Assembly (NCBI GenBank): GCA_965208785.1
Contig: OZ242356.1
Coordinates: forward strand, 1,538,929-1,602,928
Direction of reading: 5' to 3'
Source: Acidimicrobiales bacterium
Lineage (GTDB): Bacteria > Actinomycetota > Acidimicrobiia > Acidimicrobiales > Bin134
Length of the DNA stretch: 64,000 nt
In this document: one piece after another, positions 8,370 through 17,053 of the stretch
Layout of the letters: every line of letters begins with the position of its first letter
Position numbering within the stretch: the stretch's first letter is position 1
Program-made: the position numbers and the translations under genes
The notes under the pieces: model-generated
What the model saw: the letters and a program-made list of their open reading frames with translations, nothing else
What the model was told of the DNA's origin: nothing
Databases searched by the model: none

Positions 8370-11300
8370 AGGCCCTAAACGACGCAAAGGTCCGAGCAAT
8401 GAGCTCAGACTGTTCTTGGGTGTGTACGGCGGCGCTGCCGGTGGCTGGGCTGGATGACTCGCTGCGGCTTGCTCTGAGGATGTCGCAGCGGTCGCCGAAG
8501 GCGTCGTGGAGGTGCCCCTTCGCGTAGTTCCACGGCCCCATGTTCTGCGGCTCCTCCTGGAGCCAGACGATCTTTGCAGCCTTGGGGTAGTGGGCGAGGG
8601 CCTCGGCCAGGGCACTGGCTGGCCAGGGATAGAGCTGCTCGACCCGCAGAACGGCGGCGGGTGCCCCTATCTGGTTTCGCTGCGCAATGGCCTCGTGGCA
8701 GATCTTGCCGCTGGCCAGAACAACCCCGGTGGCCTGCTCCGGCCCAGGACCGCCCGTGTCGCCTAGAACCGGCTTGAACCAGCCGCCGGTCAGATCGGCC
8801 ACCGGCGACCGGGCGTCGCGGTGGCGCAACAGAGACTTCGGGGTGAACAGCACCAGCGGTTTGCGGGTGGAGCGCTTGGCCTGGTCTCGGAGCAAATGGA
8901 AGTACTGGGCCGCGCAGGACAGGTTGGCCACCCGGATGTTGTTCTCTGCCGCCGATTGGAGGAAGCGCTCTATTCGCCCCGAAGAGTGCTCCGGGCCCTG
9001 GCCCTCGAAGCCGTGGGGCAAGAGCATTACCAGTCCTGAGTGCTGGCTCCACTTGTCCTCGGCCGACACCACGAACTGGTCGATGATGATCTGCGCGCCG
9101 TTTACGAAGTCTCCGAACTGCGCCTCCCAGAGCACCAGTGCGCTCGGATCGCCCACCGAGTAGCCGTACTCGAAGCCCAAAGCGGCGTACTCCGACAGCA
9201 GCGAGTCGTACACCCACAGCCTGGCGTCGCCGCGGGCCAAGCCCGCCAGAGGGCAGTGCTCCCGGGCCGTCTGGTTGCACACCAGGGTGCTGTGGCGGTG
9301 CGAGAAAGTTCCCCGCCGGGAGTCCTGGCCGGCCAGTCGAATCGACACGCCCTCGTCGAGCAGAGTGCCGAAGGCCATCGCCTCGGCCAGCCCCCAGTCC
9401 ACCAGGCCCTCAGCCATCATGGCGTCGCGGGCCTCGAATTGGCGGGCCAGCTTGGGGTGCAGCACGAACCCGTCGGGCACCGATGTCAGCGCGTCGAAAA
9501 CCCGCTTCAACTGGCGTTCTGACACGCCGGTGTCCACTGGCGAAGAGACATGGGGAGCGGGGTCGGCAAGCCCCGCCGAGATCGACAGGTGGAGCTCCCG
9601 TTTGCCTGCTGTCTCGAGCCCGGCGGACTCGCCCGGGCTCTTGTCAGCCGCCTGGTCGCGGGTTTCTTCCAGCGCCTCTTGGAGCTTGGCCCGAAATTGG
9701 TCCATGGCCTGCTCGGCCACTTCGAGCGTGATGTCCCCGCGCTTCACCAGCGACTCCACATAGAGCTTTCGCACGGAGCGGTGGTCCTCGATTCGCCGGT
9801 ACATCTCCGGCTGGGTGTAGCTGGGGTCGTCGGCTTCGTTGTGCCCCTGGCGCCGGTAGCACCACATGTCGATCACCACATCCTTGTGGAAGTGGTTGCG
9901 GTAGGCCAGCGCCCAGTGGGCCACCCGGGCGCAGGCCTCGGGGTCGTCGCCGTTGACGTGGAAGATGGGGGCTTGGATCATCTTCGCCACATCGGTGCAG
10001 TAGTAGCTGGAGCGCGCCGACTCCGCAGTGGTGGTGAACCCCACCTGGTTGTTCACCACCAGGTGTACGGTGCCCCCGGTTCGGTAGCCCTGGATCAGCG
10101 ACAGATTCAAGGTTTCGCTGACCACTCCCTGGCCGGCGAAGGCGGCGTCGCCGTGTACCAGCACCGGCAGCACGGGGTAGCGATCGTCATCGTTGGCCGC
10201 CTGGCCCCGGACCAGCCCGCTGACCGGGCTGTGCTCTTCCTGGCCCCGGACGAGGTGGTCCAGGCGGGCTCGGACCATTCCCTCCACCACCGGGTTCACC
10301 GCCTCCAGATGAGACGGGTTGGCGGCCAGCTCCACGGCGATGCGGTTGCCGGACGAGCTCTCGAATTCCGAGGTCATCCCCAGGTGGTACTTAACGTCGC
10401 CCGACCCCTGCGTGGACGACTCGTCCAGATTTCCCTCAAACTCGCTGAAGAGCTGGTCGTAGTGCTTGCCCACGATGTTCACCAGAACGTTGAGCCGCCC
10501 CCGGTGGGCCATGCCCATGATGGCCGAGGCCATGCCCAAGTCGGCTGCCTTGCCCAGCACGGCGTCGAGGACAACGATGGCGCTCTCGGCCCCCTCGACC
10601 CCGAACCGCTTCTGACCCACGTACTTGGTGTCCAAGAACCGCTCCAGCGCTTCGGCCGCGTTCAGCCGATCCAGTATGTGGAGCTTCTCGTCGAGCCCCG
10701 TAGGGGTGCCCATCGCCTCCACTTGCGCCTGAATCCACTGCTTCTCGTCGGGATCTTGGATGTGCATGTACTCCACGCCCACCGTGCGGCAGTAGGCGTT
10801 GCGGAGCACATGCAGGATCTCGCCCAGAGGCATCTTGCCGTCGGGCTGGCCCAGCTCGATGCCGCCCAGCCCGGTGGTGAGGAACTCCCGGTCGAGATCC
10901 CAGATGGTGAGGCCGTAGGTGGCCGGGTCTAGCTCGGAGTGCATCTCGGGCTCGCTGGCCGAGAGCGGGTCGAGATCGGCGATGAGGTGGCCCCGCACCC
11001 GGTGCATGTTGATGAGCGCGTTCACCTGCATCTGCTTGGTGATCACGGCCTGCTCCCGGTTGAGGGGCAAGATGTCGGGTCGCCAGCGCACGGCCTCGTA
11101 GGGCACGCCCACCGCCCGGAAGATGTCCTCGTAGAAGTTGTGCTTGCCCAGCAGCAGGTCGTTGACCGCCCCCAGGAACATCCCCGACTCGGCGCCTTGG
11201 ATGATGCGGTGGTCGTAGGTGGACGACAAAGTGATCACCTTCGACACCCCCAGATCGGCCAGCGTGCGGGAGTCCGCGGCCTGATAGGCGGTGGGGTAGT

Positions 11301-12063
11301 CGATGGTGCCCACACCGACGATCACTCCCTGGCCGGGCATGAGCCGGGGCACCGACTGAACGGTGCCCAGGGTGCCGGGGTTGGTGATGCTGACGGTGAC
11401 GCCCGCGAAGTCGTCGGGGCTCAGATCGTTGCTGCGCACCTTGCGGACCATGGTGTCGTAGAGCTCGACGAAGTTGGGAAAGTCCAGCGTGTCGGCCTCT
11501 GAGATGCACGGCACCAGAAGCGAGCGGGATCCGTTGGCCCTCTCCACGTCCACGGCGATGCCCAGGCCGATGTGGGGGTGGCGCACCACCCGGGGACCGC
11601 TGTCGGTGTCGACGAAGGTGGAGTTCATCGCCGGCATGTGATGGGCGATGGACTGCACCACGGCGTAGGCGATCAGGTGGGTGTAGGACACCTTGCGCCC
11701 GTCGGTGCGCCTGAGGTAGCCGTTGACGATCTGGCGGTTGACGTCGAGCAGCTTGGCCGGGATCTCCCGGAAGCTGGTGGCGGTGGGGATGGCCAGGCTC
11801 GCCTCCATATTGAGGGCAATGCGAGCCGCCGCTCCCCGCAGCGGATTCCCCGGCGCCGGCTCGGGCGCCTCAGCCGGCTCGGGCGTCGGGCGGCTCTGGA
11901 CTGCGGGGGCGGCTGGATCGGGCAAGACGCGGTCGGGGCGGTAGTCGGAGAAGAAGTCCTGCCAGCTCTCGCTCACTGCTGCGGGGTCGGCCAGGTACTG
12001 GCGGTGCATCTCGTCCACCAGCCAGGCGTTCTGGCCGACTATCGACTCGGTGTCTGGGGTCAT
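8362..12063 (-). CDS. kgd: Multifunctional 2-oxoglutarate decarboxylase/dehydrogenase E1 with fused E2-like acyltransferase segment (Kgd type)
   Basis: 1233 aa. The N-terminal region has a succinyltransferase-like DHRIIQGAESG motif, followed by the ThDP-dependent E1 core. This architecture is typical of actinobacterial Kgd/OdhA. Confidence 0.95.
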   Translation of the reverse strand: MTPDTESIVGQNAWLVDEMHRQYLADPAAVSESWQDFFSDYRPDRVLPDPAAPAVQSRPTPEPAEAPEPAPGNPLRGAAARIALNMEASLAIPTATSFREIPAKLLDVNRQIVNGYLRRTDGRKVSYTHLIAYAVVQSIAHHMPAMNSTFVDTDSGPRVVRHPHIGLGIAVDVERANGSRSLLVPCISEADTLDFPNFVELYDTMVRKVRSNDLSPDDFAGVTVSITNPGTLGTVQSVPRLMPGQGVIVGVGTIDYPTAYQAADSRTLADLGVSKVITLSSTYDHRIIQGAESGMFLGAVNDLLLGKHNFYEDIFRAVGVPYEAVRWRPDILPLNREQAVITKQMQVNALINMHRVRGHLIADLDPLSASEPEMHSELDPATYGLTIWDLDREFLTTGLGGIELGQPDGKMPLGEILHVLRNAYCRTVGVEYMHIQDPDEKQWIQAQVEAMGTPTGLDEKLHILDRLNAAEALERFLDTKYVGQKRFGVEGAESAIVVLDAVLGKAADLGMASAIMGMAHRGRLNVLVNIVGKHYDQLFSEFEGNLDESSTQGSGDVKYHLGMTSEFESSSGNRIAVELAANPSHLEAVNPVVEGMVRARLDHLVRGQEEHSPVSGLVRGQAANDDDRYPVLPVLVHGDAAFAGQGVVSETLNLSLIQGYRTGGTVHLVVNNQVGFTTTAESARSSYYCTDVAKMIQAPIFHVNGDDPEACARVAHWALAYRNHFHKDVVIDMWCYRRQGHNEADDPSYTQPEMYRRIEDHRSVRKLYVESLVKRGDITLEVAEQAMDQFRAKLQEALEETRDQAADKSPGESAGLETAGKRELHLSISAGLADPAPHVSSPVDTGVSERQLKRVFDALTSVPDGFVLHPKLARQFEARDAMMAEGLVDWGLAEAMAFGTLLDEGVSIRLAGQDSRRGTFSHRHSTLVCNQTAREHCPLAGLARGDARLWVYDSLLSEYAALGFEYGYSVGDPSALVLWEAQFGDFVNGAQIIIDQFVVSAEDKWSQHSGLVMLLPHGFEGQGPEHSSGRIERFLQSAAENNIRVANLSCAAQYFHLLRDQAKRSTRKPLVLFTPKSLLRHRDARSPVADLTGGWFKPVLGDTGGPGPEQATGVVLASGKICHEAIAQRNQIGAPAAVLRVEQLYPWPASALAEALAHYPKAAKIVWLQEEPQNMGPWNYAKGHLHDAFGDRCDILRASRSESSSPATGSAAVHTQEQSELIARTFASFRASD

Positions 12064-12104
12064 GGGGAGAGTCTACGAACTTTGGGGCCACTAAGGTTCT
12101 GCGG

Positions 12105-12908
12105 GTGCGGTTGGCCACCTGGAATGTGAACTCCCTGAACGCCCGCATGCCCCGAGTCCAAGAGTGGCTGGAGCTGGCCGACCCCGATGTGGTGTGCATG
12201 CAGGAGACCAAGCTGGCCGACGAGGCTTTTCCCGGCCTGGCTTTCGAGTCGATGGGCTACGAGTGGGTCCACCACGGTGAGGGAAGGTGGAACGGGGTGG
12301 CCATTTTGAGCCGGGTGGGCTTGGCCGACCCCCACGACGGGTTCGCCGATGGACGCGAGGCCGATCCCGATGCCCGCATCGTGTGGGCCACCTGTGCCGG
12401 GGTGCGCGTGGCCAGCGCCTACATTCCCAACGGGCGGGAGCTGGGCCACGACCACTATCACTACAAGCTCAACTGGCTGAGCCGGCTCCGGTCTCATCTG
12501 GAGGCCAACGCCGATGCCGGGGCGCCGGTGGTGGTGGCCGGAGACTTCAACGTGGCCCCGGCCGACAACGACGTGTGGGACATCGCCGCCTTTGAGGGGC
12601 TCACCCATGTGAGCGGGCCCGAGCGCGAGGCATTCGCCTCGCTGGTGGACTGGGGCCTGGTCGACGTGTTCCGCCGGCGGTGGCCCGACGACGGCCTCTA
12701 CACCTTCTGGGACTATCAGGCGGGCCGGTTCCACAAGCGCCAGGGAATGCGCATCGACATGGTGATGGCCACCGAGCCGCTGGCTGAGCGGGTGGCCGCA
12801 GTGCTCATGGACCGCAACGCCCGCAAGGGGGAGAAGCCGTCGGACCACGCCCCGGTGGTGGTGGACTTCGAGTGGGATGAGGCGCCGGGGGCCGGCAGGG
12901 GAGCATGA
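12105..12908 (+). CDS. xthA: Exodeoxyribonuclease III
   Basis: MRLATWNVNSLNAR...VCMQETK...DHAPVVVDF, the EEP-family Xth signature. Confidence 0.9.
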   Translation: MRLATWNVNSLNARMPRVQEWLELADPDVVCMQETKLADEAFPGLAFESMGYEWVHHGEGRWNGVAILSRVGLADPHDGFADGREADPDARIVWATCAGVRVASAYIPNGRELGHDHYHYKLNWLSRLRSHLEANADAGAPVVVAGDFNVAPADNDVWDIAAFEGLTHVSGPEREAFASLVDWGLVDVFRRRWPDDGLYTFWDYQAGRFHKRQGMRIDMVMATEPLAERVAAVLMDRNARKGEKPSDHAPVVVDFEWDEAPGAGRGA

Positions 12909-12942
12909 GGATGGGGTGGGCAGTTCGGGCGGGCGGGGCGTG

Positions 12943-15114
12943 ATGGGGGGGTGGTCGACTCTGGCCGCCGCTGATCCGGCGGGCCACGGCCACGACCTGC
13001 TGGTCTTTTGGGTGAACATCCTGGTGCTGGTGGCCGTCTCCCACCTCTTCGGCCTGGTGATGAGAAGAATGGGGATGCCCTCGGTGGTGGGAGCGCTGCT
13101 GGCCGGGCTGGTGCTGGGGCCGTCGGTGTTCGGGGTGGTGTGGAAGTCGGGCTTCGAGTGGTTCTTGCCGGAGATCGGCCAGGGTGTGCAATGGAGCCTG
13201 CTGGCGGGGGTCAGCTGGGTGGGGGTGGCCTTGTTGCTGGTGGTGACCGGGTTCGAGACCGACTTGGGGCTCATCACCAAGCTGGGGAGGTCCGCGCTGC
13301 TGGTGACCGCGGGCAGCCTGGTGGTGCCGCTGATCGGCGGCGTCGTGGTCGGGCTGCTGCTGCCGTCCCTGTTCTTGGGCGAGGATGCCGAGCGGCTCAC
13401 GTTCACGCTGTTCGTGGCGTTGGCGCTCGCCGTGTCGTCTCTGGCGGTGGTGGCCAAGATCCTGAGCGAACTGGGGCTTATGCGCCGGGACTTCGGCCAG
13501 ATAACCGTGGCCGCGGGCATGGCCAACGATGTGATCGGCTGGATCATGCTGGGCGTGTTCACCGGTCTGGCCACCTCGGGCGGAGTGTCGGCCGGGCAGG
13601 TGTTGTCCACGCTGGGGGGGATTGCGGCCTTCGGGGTGTTGGCGCTGACAGTGGGCCAGCGGCTGGTGGACCTGCTGTTGCGGCAAGTGCGGCGCACCGG
13701 GGGCAGCCTGACCGCGGCACTGGCCGTGGCCATGGTGACCATGCTGGGATTCGGAGTGGCCACCGAGTGGCTGAAGGTGGAAGCGGTGCTGGGGGCGTTT
13801 GTGGCCGGGGTGGTGCTGCACCGGTCCCGGTTCCAGCACGAGGACACCATTCACCACTTGGAGGGTATGACCAACGCCCTGTTCGCGCCGGTTTTCTTCG
13901 CCACCGCCGGTTTGCAGGTGGATCTCCGCTTGCTGAACGACGCCGAGGCCCTTTGGTGGGCAGTGGTCGTGCTCGCGGTGGCCATCGTTTTCAAGTTTGC
14001 CGGGGCCTACGGCGGCGCCCGCCTCGCCGGCCGCACCCACCGGGCGGGGCTGGCCCTGGGCGCGGGGCTGAACGCACGGGGGACGCTGGAGATAGTCATC
14101 GCCACGGTGGGGTTAAGCGTCGGGGTGTTCAGCCCTACCGCCTTCGCGGTGATCGTGCTGGTGCCGGTGCTCACCTCCCTGTTCGCCTCGGCCACGCTGC
14201 GAGGGGTGGTGAACAACTGGCAGGGGACTCCCGATGAGCAGGAGCGGCTGGGCCGGGAGCAGGCGCTGAGCCGCAATCTGGTGGTGCGAACCTCACGGCT
14301 CCTGCTGCCCAGCCGGGGCGGCCCGGAGTCCATCGCCGCCGCCCAGGTTCTGCACTTCGCCTGGCCGATTGAAGCCGGGGCCACGGTGCTCACGGTGGGC
14401 GGCCGAGACGCCGAGGCCGACATCACGCCGCTGCGCAACGTGCTTCACGACCGGGCCTTGGAGCACCGACGGGTGCGCGGGGAAGACCCGGTTCGCGCCA
14501 TCATCGACGAGAGTCGGCTGGGGTTCGGCGTTATCGGGCTGGGTGCTCAGGATTACGCCGACACCATGCAGGTGATCTCGCCTCTGGTGGACGGGGTCTT
14601 GTCGGAGAGCCCCATCCCGGTGGTGGTGGTGCGCCGGGCGAGAAACCTGGACCGGCCTCTGCCGGGTGCATACAGCCGGGCGGTGGTGCCGGTGACCGGA
14701 AGTCCGGTGTCGCGGGCCGCCCAGGAGGTTGCCTTCAACCTCAGCGCCCAGCTCGGCACCGAACTGCACCTCACCCACGTCAACACCGTCAGGAGCGAGC
14801 CCGCCGTGTTGCCATCGCTGCTCAGCCGCCGGATGATCGCCCGCAGCAGCAGCATCGTCGGGGTGCAGATGGTGGCCCAGGCCGAGACGCTCGCCGTTGA
14901 GCTGGGGGCGACAACCCAGACGGTGGTCATGGACGGCGCCTCGCCGGCCGATGAGATATTGAAGCTGGCGCGAGACATTGAGGCCGATCTTGTGGTTATG
15001 GGCGCCAACCTCCGCCGGGTTGGAGACCGCCCGTTTTTGGGCCACCGTGTGGAGCAGGTGCTCCGAGACTGCGACGCCACCGTGGTGGTGGTGCTCATCC
15101 CATTCGACCTCTAG
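12943..15114 (+). CDS. CPA2-family cation:proton antiporter fused to C-terminal tandem universal-stress-protein domains
   Basis: About 12 hydrophobic helices (Kef/NapA-like) followed by two USP-like modules (VVPVTGS...DLVVMG). ATG 12943 avoids overlap with xthA. Confidence 0.8.
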   Translation: MGGWSTLAAADPAGHGHDLLVFWVNILVLVAVSHLFGLVMRRMGMPSVVGALLAGLVLGPSVFGVVWKSGFEWFLPEIGQGVQWSLLAGVSWVGVALLLVVTGFETDLGLITKLGRSALLVTAGSLVVPLIGGVVVGLLLPSLFLGEDAERLTFTLFVALALAVSSLAVVAKILSELGLMRRDFGQITVAAGMANDVIGWIMLGVFTGLATSGGVSAGQVLSTLGGIAAFGVLALTVGQRLVDLLLRQVRRTGGSLTAALAVAMVTMLGFGVATEWLKVEAVLGAFVAGVVLHRSRFQHEDTIHHLEGMTNALFAPVFFATAGLQVDLRLLNDAEALWWAVVVLAVAIVFKFAGAYGGARLAGRTHRAGLALGAGLNARGTLEIVIATVGLSVGVFSPTAFAVIVLVPVLTSLFASATLRGVVNNWQGTPDEQERLGREQALSRNLVVRTSRLLLPSRGGPESIAAAQVLHFAWPIEAGATVLTVGGRDAEADITPLRNVLHDRALEHRRVRGEDPVRAIIDESRLGFGVIGLGAQDYADTMQVISPLVDGVLSESPIPVVVVRRARNLDRPLPGAYSRAVVPVTGSPVSRAAQEVAFNLSAQLGTELHLTHVNTVRSEPAVLPSLLSRRMIARSSSIVGVQMVAQAETLAVELGATTQTVVMDGASPADEILKLARDIEADLVVMGANLRRVGDRPFLGHRVEQVLRDCDATVVVVLIPFDL

Positions 15115-15123
15115 CGGTGCGTC

Positions 15124-15198
15124 GTGGGGTGTGTTGCGGCACATCGCTGGCCCTAAGGGAGTTCAGACAGCGCTGAGGACGGCGTGCAGGTATGGCGA
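15124..15198. repeat. Left copy of a 75-bp direct repeat (74/75 identical to 16979-17053)
   Basis: Aligned base by base, with a single mismatch (15186 G versus 17041 T). It carries a fossil copy of the helicase 3' end (SPYLHAVLSAV-stop) 9 nt after the antiporter stop. Confidence 0.95.
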
Positions 15199-15200
15199 GG

Positions 15201-15236
15201 GGGAGGGTGAACTCCACCGGTGGAGTTCACCCTCCC
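15201..15236. repeat. Perfect 36-bp palindrome (two 18-nt arms, no loop) at the inner edge of the left repeat
   Basis: gggagggtgaactccacc / ggtggagttcaccctccc are exact reverse complements. The palindrome contains the DUF4411 stop codon (15227-15229). Confidence 0.95.
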
Positions 15237-15715
15237 AAGACGAATCGTGCTCTCTCTGCCCGCAGCATCTCGTAGGGATTGACGAATTTGACTCCTGTCC
15301 CAATGCAGGCATTGGGAATCTTGATCTTCTTTGGTGATGGGCTAAACACCTCATGCGTCACCACGACATGGTCGTGCGCATGGGCTTGGGCCACGAGGTA
15401 ATAGTCGGCAACTTGCAAAAACGTCGCGACCCCCGCCGGTTCATAGCTTTGGCCGTTCGCCCAGCTGCTCACAACGGTCAGGCTGGGCACAACCTCGGTA
15501 TCCGGAGAAAGAAACAACCCAGGCCTCTGTCTGGCCCATTCTGCGAGTTCATCGTCCACGGCCTGGATTTCGTTACCCACTCTCTCGATGCTGAAGACTC
15601 TGCCCAAAGCATTCTGCTGAACGAGCCAGTCCCAGAACGCGGGGCAGAATTCGAATCCATAGTGGAGGTTCTTCGCTTGGATAAAGACGTTGGCGTCAAG
15701 AAGGTACGTCGTCAT
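15227..15715 (-). CDS. DUF4411-family PIN-like nuclease (putative toxin)
   Basis: 162 aa. YLLDANVFIQAKNLHYGFEFCPAFWDWL at the N-terminus is the pattern I recognise for DUF4411. The start overlaps the upstream gene's stop (ATGA). Confidence 0.75.
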   Translation of the reverse strand: MTTYLLDANVFIQAKNLHYGFEFCPAFWDWLVQQNALGRVFSIERVGNEIQAVDDELAEWARQRPGLFLSPDTEVVPSLTVVSSWANGQSYEPAGVATFLQVADYYLVAQAHAHDHVVVTHEVFSPSPKKIKIPNACIGTGVKFVNPYEMLRAERARFVLGG

Positions 15716-16902
15716 ATCACTCCAAGACGCTGGCTCAGTTCATTGAATGTGGATTGCTTCTTGAAGCCGAGCATCTTGAAAGCGTCTGTATAGAGTGTCT
15801 GCCCCTCAAGAGTGCTGGCGATGACCGAGCGAGCGAACAACTTGGATATCCTGATGGGTTGTGTGTTGTAGAAATTGCCCCCCTCGCCTCCTTTGTCGAT
15901 CAGATCAAAGACGCGATCGAGTTCGGCTCGGTACGAACTTCGATACTCGTTCCAATCAAGGTACCCGGCTTCAAATACCCTCCGCAGCACCACAAGAGTG
16001 CTTGATTTGAAGCGACGCGCTAGTCGATCAAGTTCATCAGTCAGGTCGGCATGGACATCAAACACCGAACGCAGCGTCTCTAAAGGCACTAGGACTTCTC
16101 CGGCAACGCGGTTGCACCAGCGCTCCACCTCATTCGTCGATTGCGTTCCGAGATCTGCATCAGAAAGGGCGCTTTCACCAAGCCAGATATGGGCCAATTC
16201 GTGGGCAAGAGTGAATATCTGTGCCGCTCTTGTGTCTGATCCGTTGACAAAGACCAGAGGTGCCAGCGAGTCGACAAGCGCAAATCCTCTGAACTCTTCA
16301 GGATCCAGCTTGCGGTGGGTATTGCTTCCTACCACACCGCTGACCATGACCAGCACTCCGATTTCCTCGGCCTGGTCTCTCAGGTAGGCAAATGCGTCAG
16401 CCCAACTCGGTCCTCGCATGTCGATCTGAAAGGAGAGTGCTGCTGTGATCTCAGCACCTGCCTTCGCGGGTGGAACGGCAGTAGTTATCGAGCCAACCTG
16501 GGAAACCTGGTGGATTCCAATGCTGTGAGCATAGTCGCGGTACCAGTCCTGTCGCTGCTGGCATTGGTAGATGGTGTCCAGAAGATCAGGACTCGGTCGA
16601 CTGACAGACCTATCACCGATAGTACGGAAGTCGGGTATGGGCACCCCGTCCTCTGGTGGCGTCTGCAAGAAGAAGAAGCCAACCGGCGTGCGGGTCGCCC
16701 TCGCGAAATTCTCTAGTTGCTTCAAGGTGGGAGCCATCTCACGAGACTCCCATTTGGGCAACTTGGGAAACTTGCTCGCGAGCTTCTCATCGTCAAGGCC
16801 AGAGCGCTCGCAGGCCCATGTCAACAAAGCGGGGTTAACGTCAACCCGAACTGTCACGCCTATCCATCCCTGCTCATGATTCGGAGGGGGCGAACGCACC
16901 AT
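15712..16902 (-). CDS. XRE-type HTH fused to ImmA/IrrE (COG2856, DUF955) zinc metallopeptidase
   Basis: HELAHIWLGE (HExxH) in the centre. The N-terminal ~70 aa look HTH-like (APTLKQLENFARATRTPVGFFFL). The true start may be a GTG ~45 nt downstream of 16902. Confidence 0.8.
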   Translation of the reverse strand: MVRSPPPNHEQGWIGVTVRVDVNPALLTWACERSGLDDEKLASKFPKLPKWESREMAPTLKQLENFARATRTPVGFFFLQTPPEDGVPIPDFRTIGDRSVSRPSPDLLDTIYQCQQRQDWYRDYAHSIGIHQVSQVGSITTAVPPAKAGAEITAALSFQIDMRGPSWADAFAYLRDQAEEIGVLVMVSGVVGSNTHRKLDPEEFRGFALVDSLAPLVFVNGSDTRAAQIFTLAHELAHIWLGESALSDADLGTQSTNEVERWCNRVAGEVLVPLETLRSVFDVHADLTDELDRLARRFKSSTLVVLRRVFEAGYLDWNEYRSSYRAELDRVFDLIDKGGEGGNFYNTQPIRISKLFARSVIASTLEGQTLYTDAFKMLGFKKQSTFNELSQRLGVI

Positions 16903-16978
16903 TTCCTTGCCCCAATCACAAAACCATATCTCCCCACAACCGAAGTTCTAGCCCAATGCTCATGAACAATCATGGCTA

Positions 16979-17053
16979 GTGGGGTGTGTTGCGGCACATC
17001 GCTGGCCCTAAGGGAGTTCAGACAGCGCTGAGGACGGCGTTCAGGTATGGCGA
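16979..17053. repeat. Right copy of the 75-bp direct repeat
   Basis: Covers the last 11 codons plus stop of the helicase gene (17018-17053) and 39 nt downstream of it. Confidence 0.95.

Larger units (their letters stand above)
15124..17053 (-). mobile_element. Putative integrated two-gene cassette (ImmA/IrrE-HTH plus DUF4411) delimited by 75-bp direct repeats; no recombinase on board
   Basis: The direct repeats regenerate the target gene's 3' end. The interior is visibly more AT-rich than its flanks. It lies between two convergent chromosomal genes. Confidence 0.55.

Noticed and set aside
15163-15354. 63-aa minus-strand ORF ending SPSPSPYLHAVLSAV.
   Set aside because: Its 3' end is just the left copy of the 75-bp repeat, a fossil of the helicase terminus. 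The rest runs through the palindrome and the DUF4411 3' end. It is not an independent gene.
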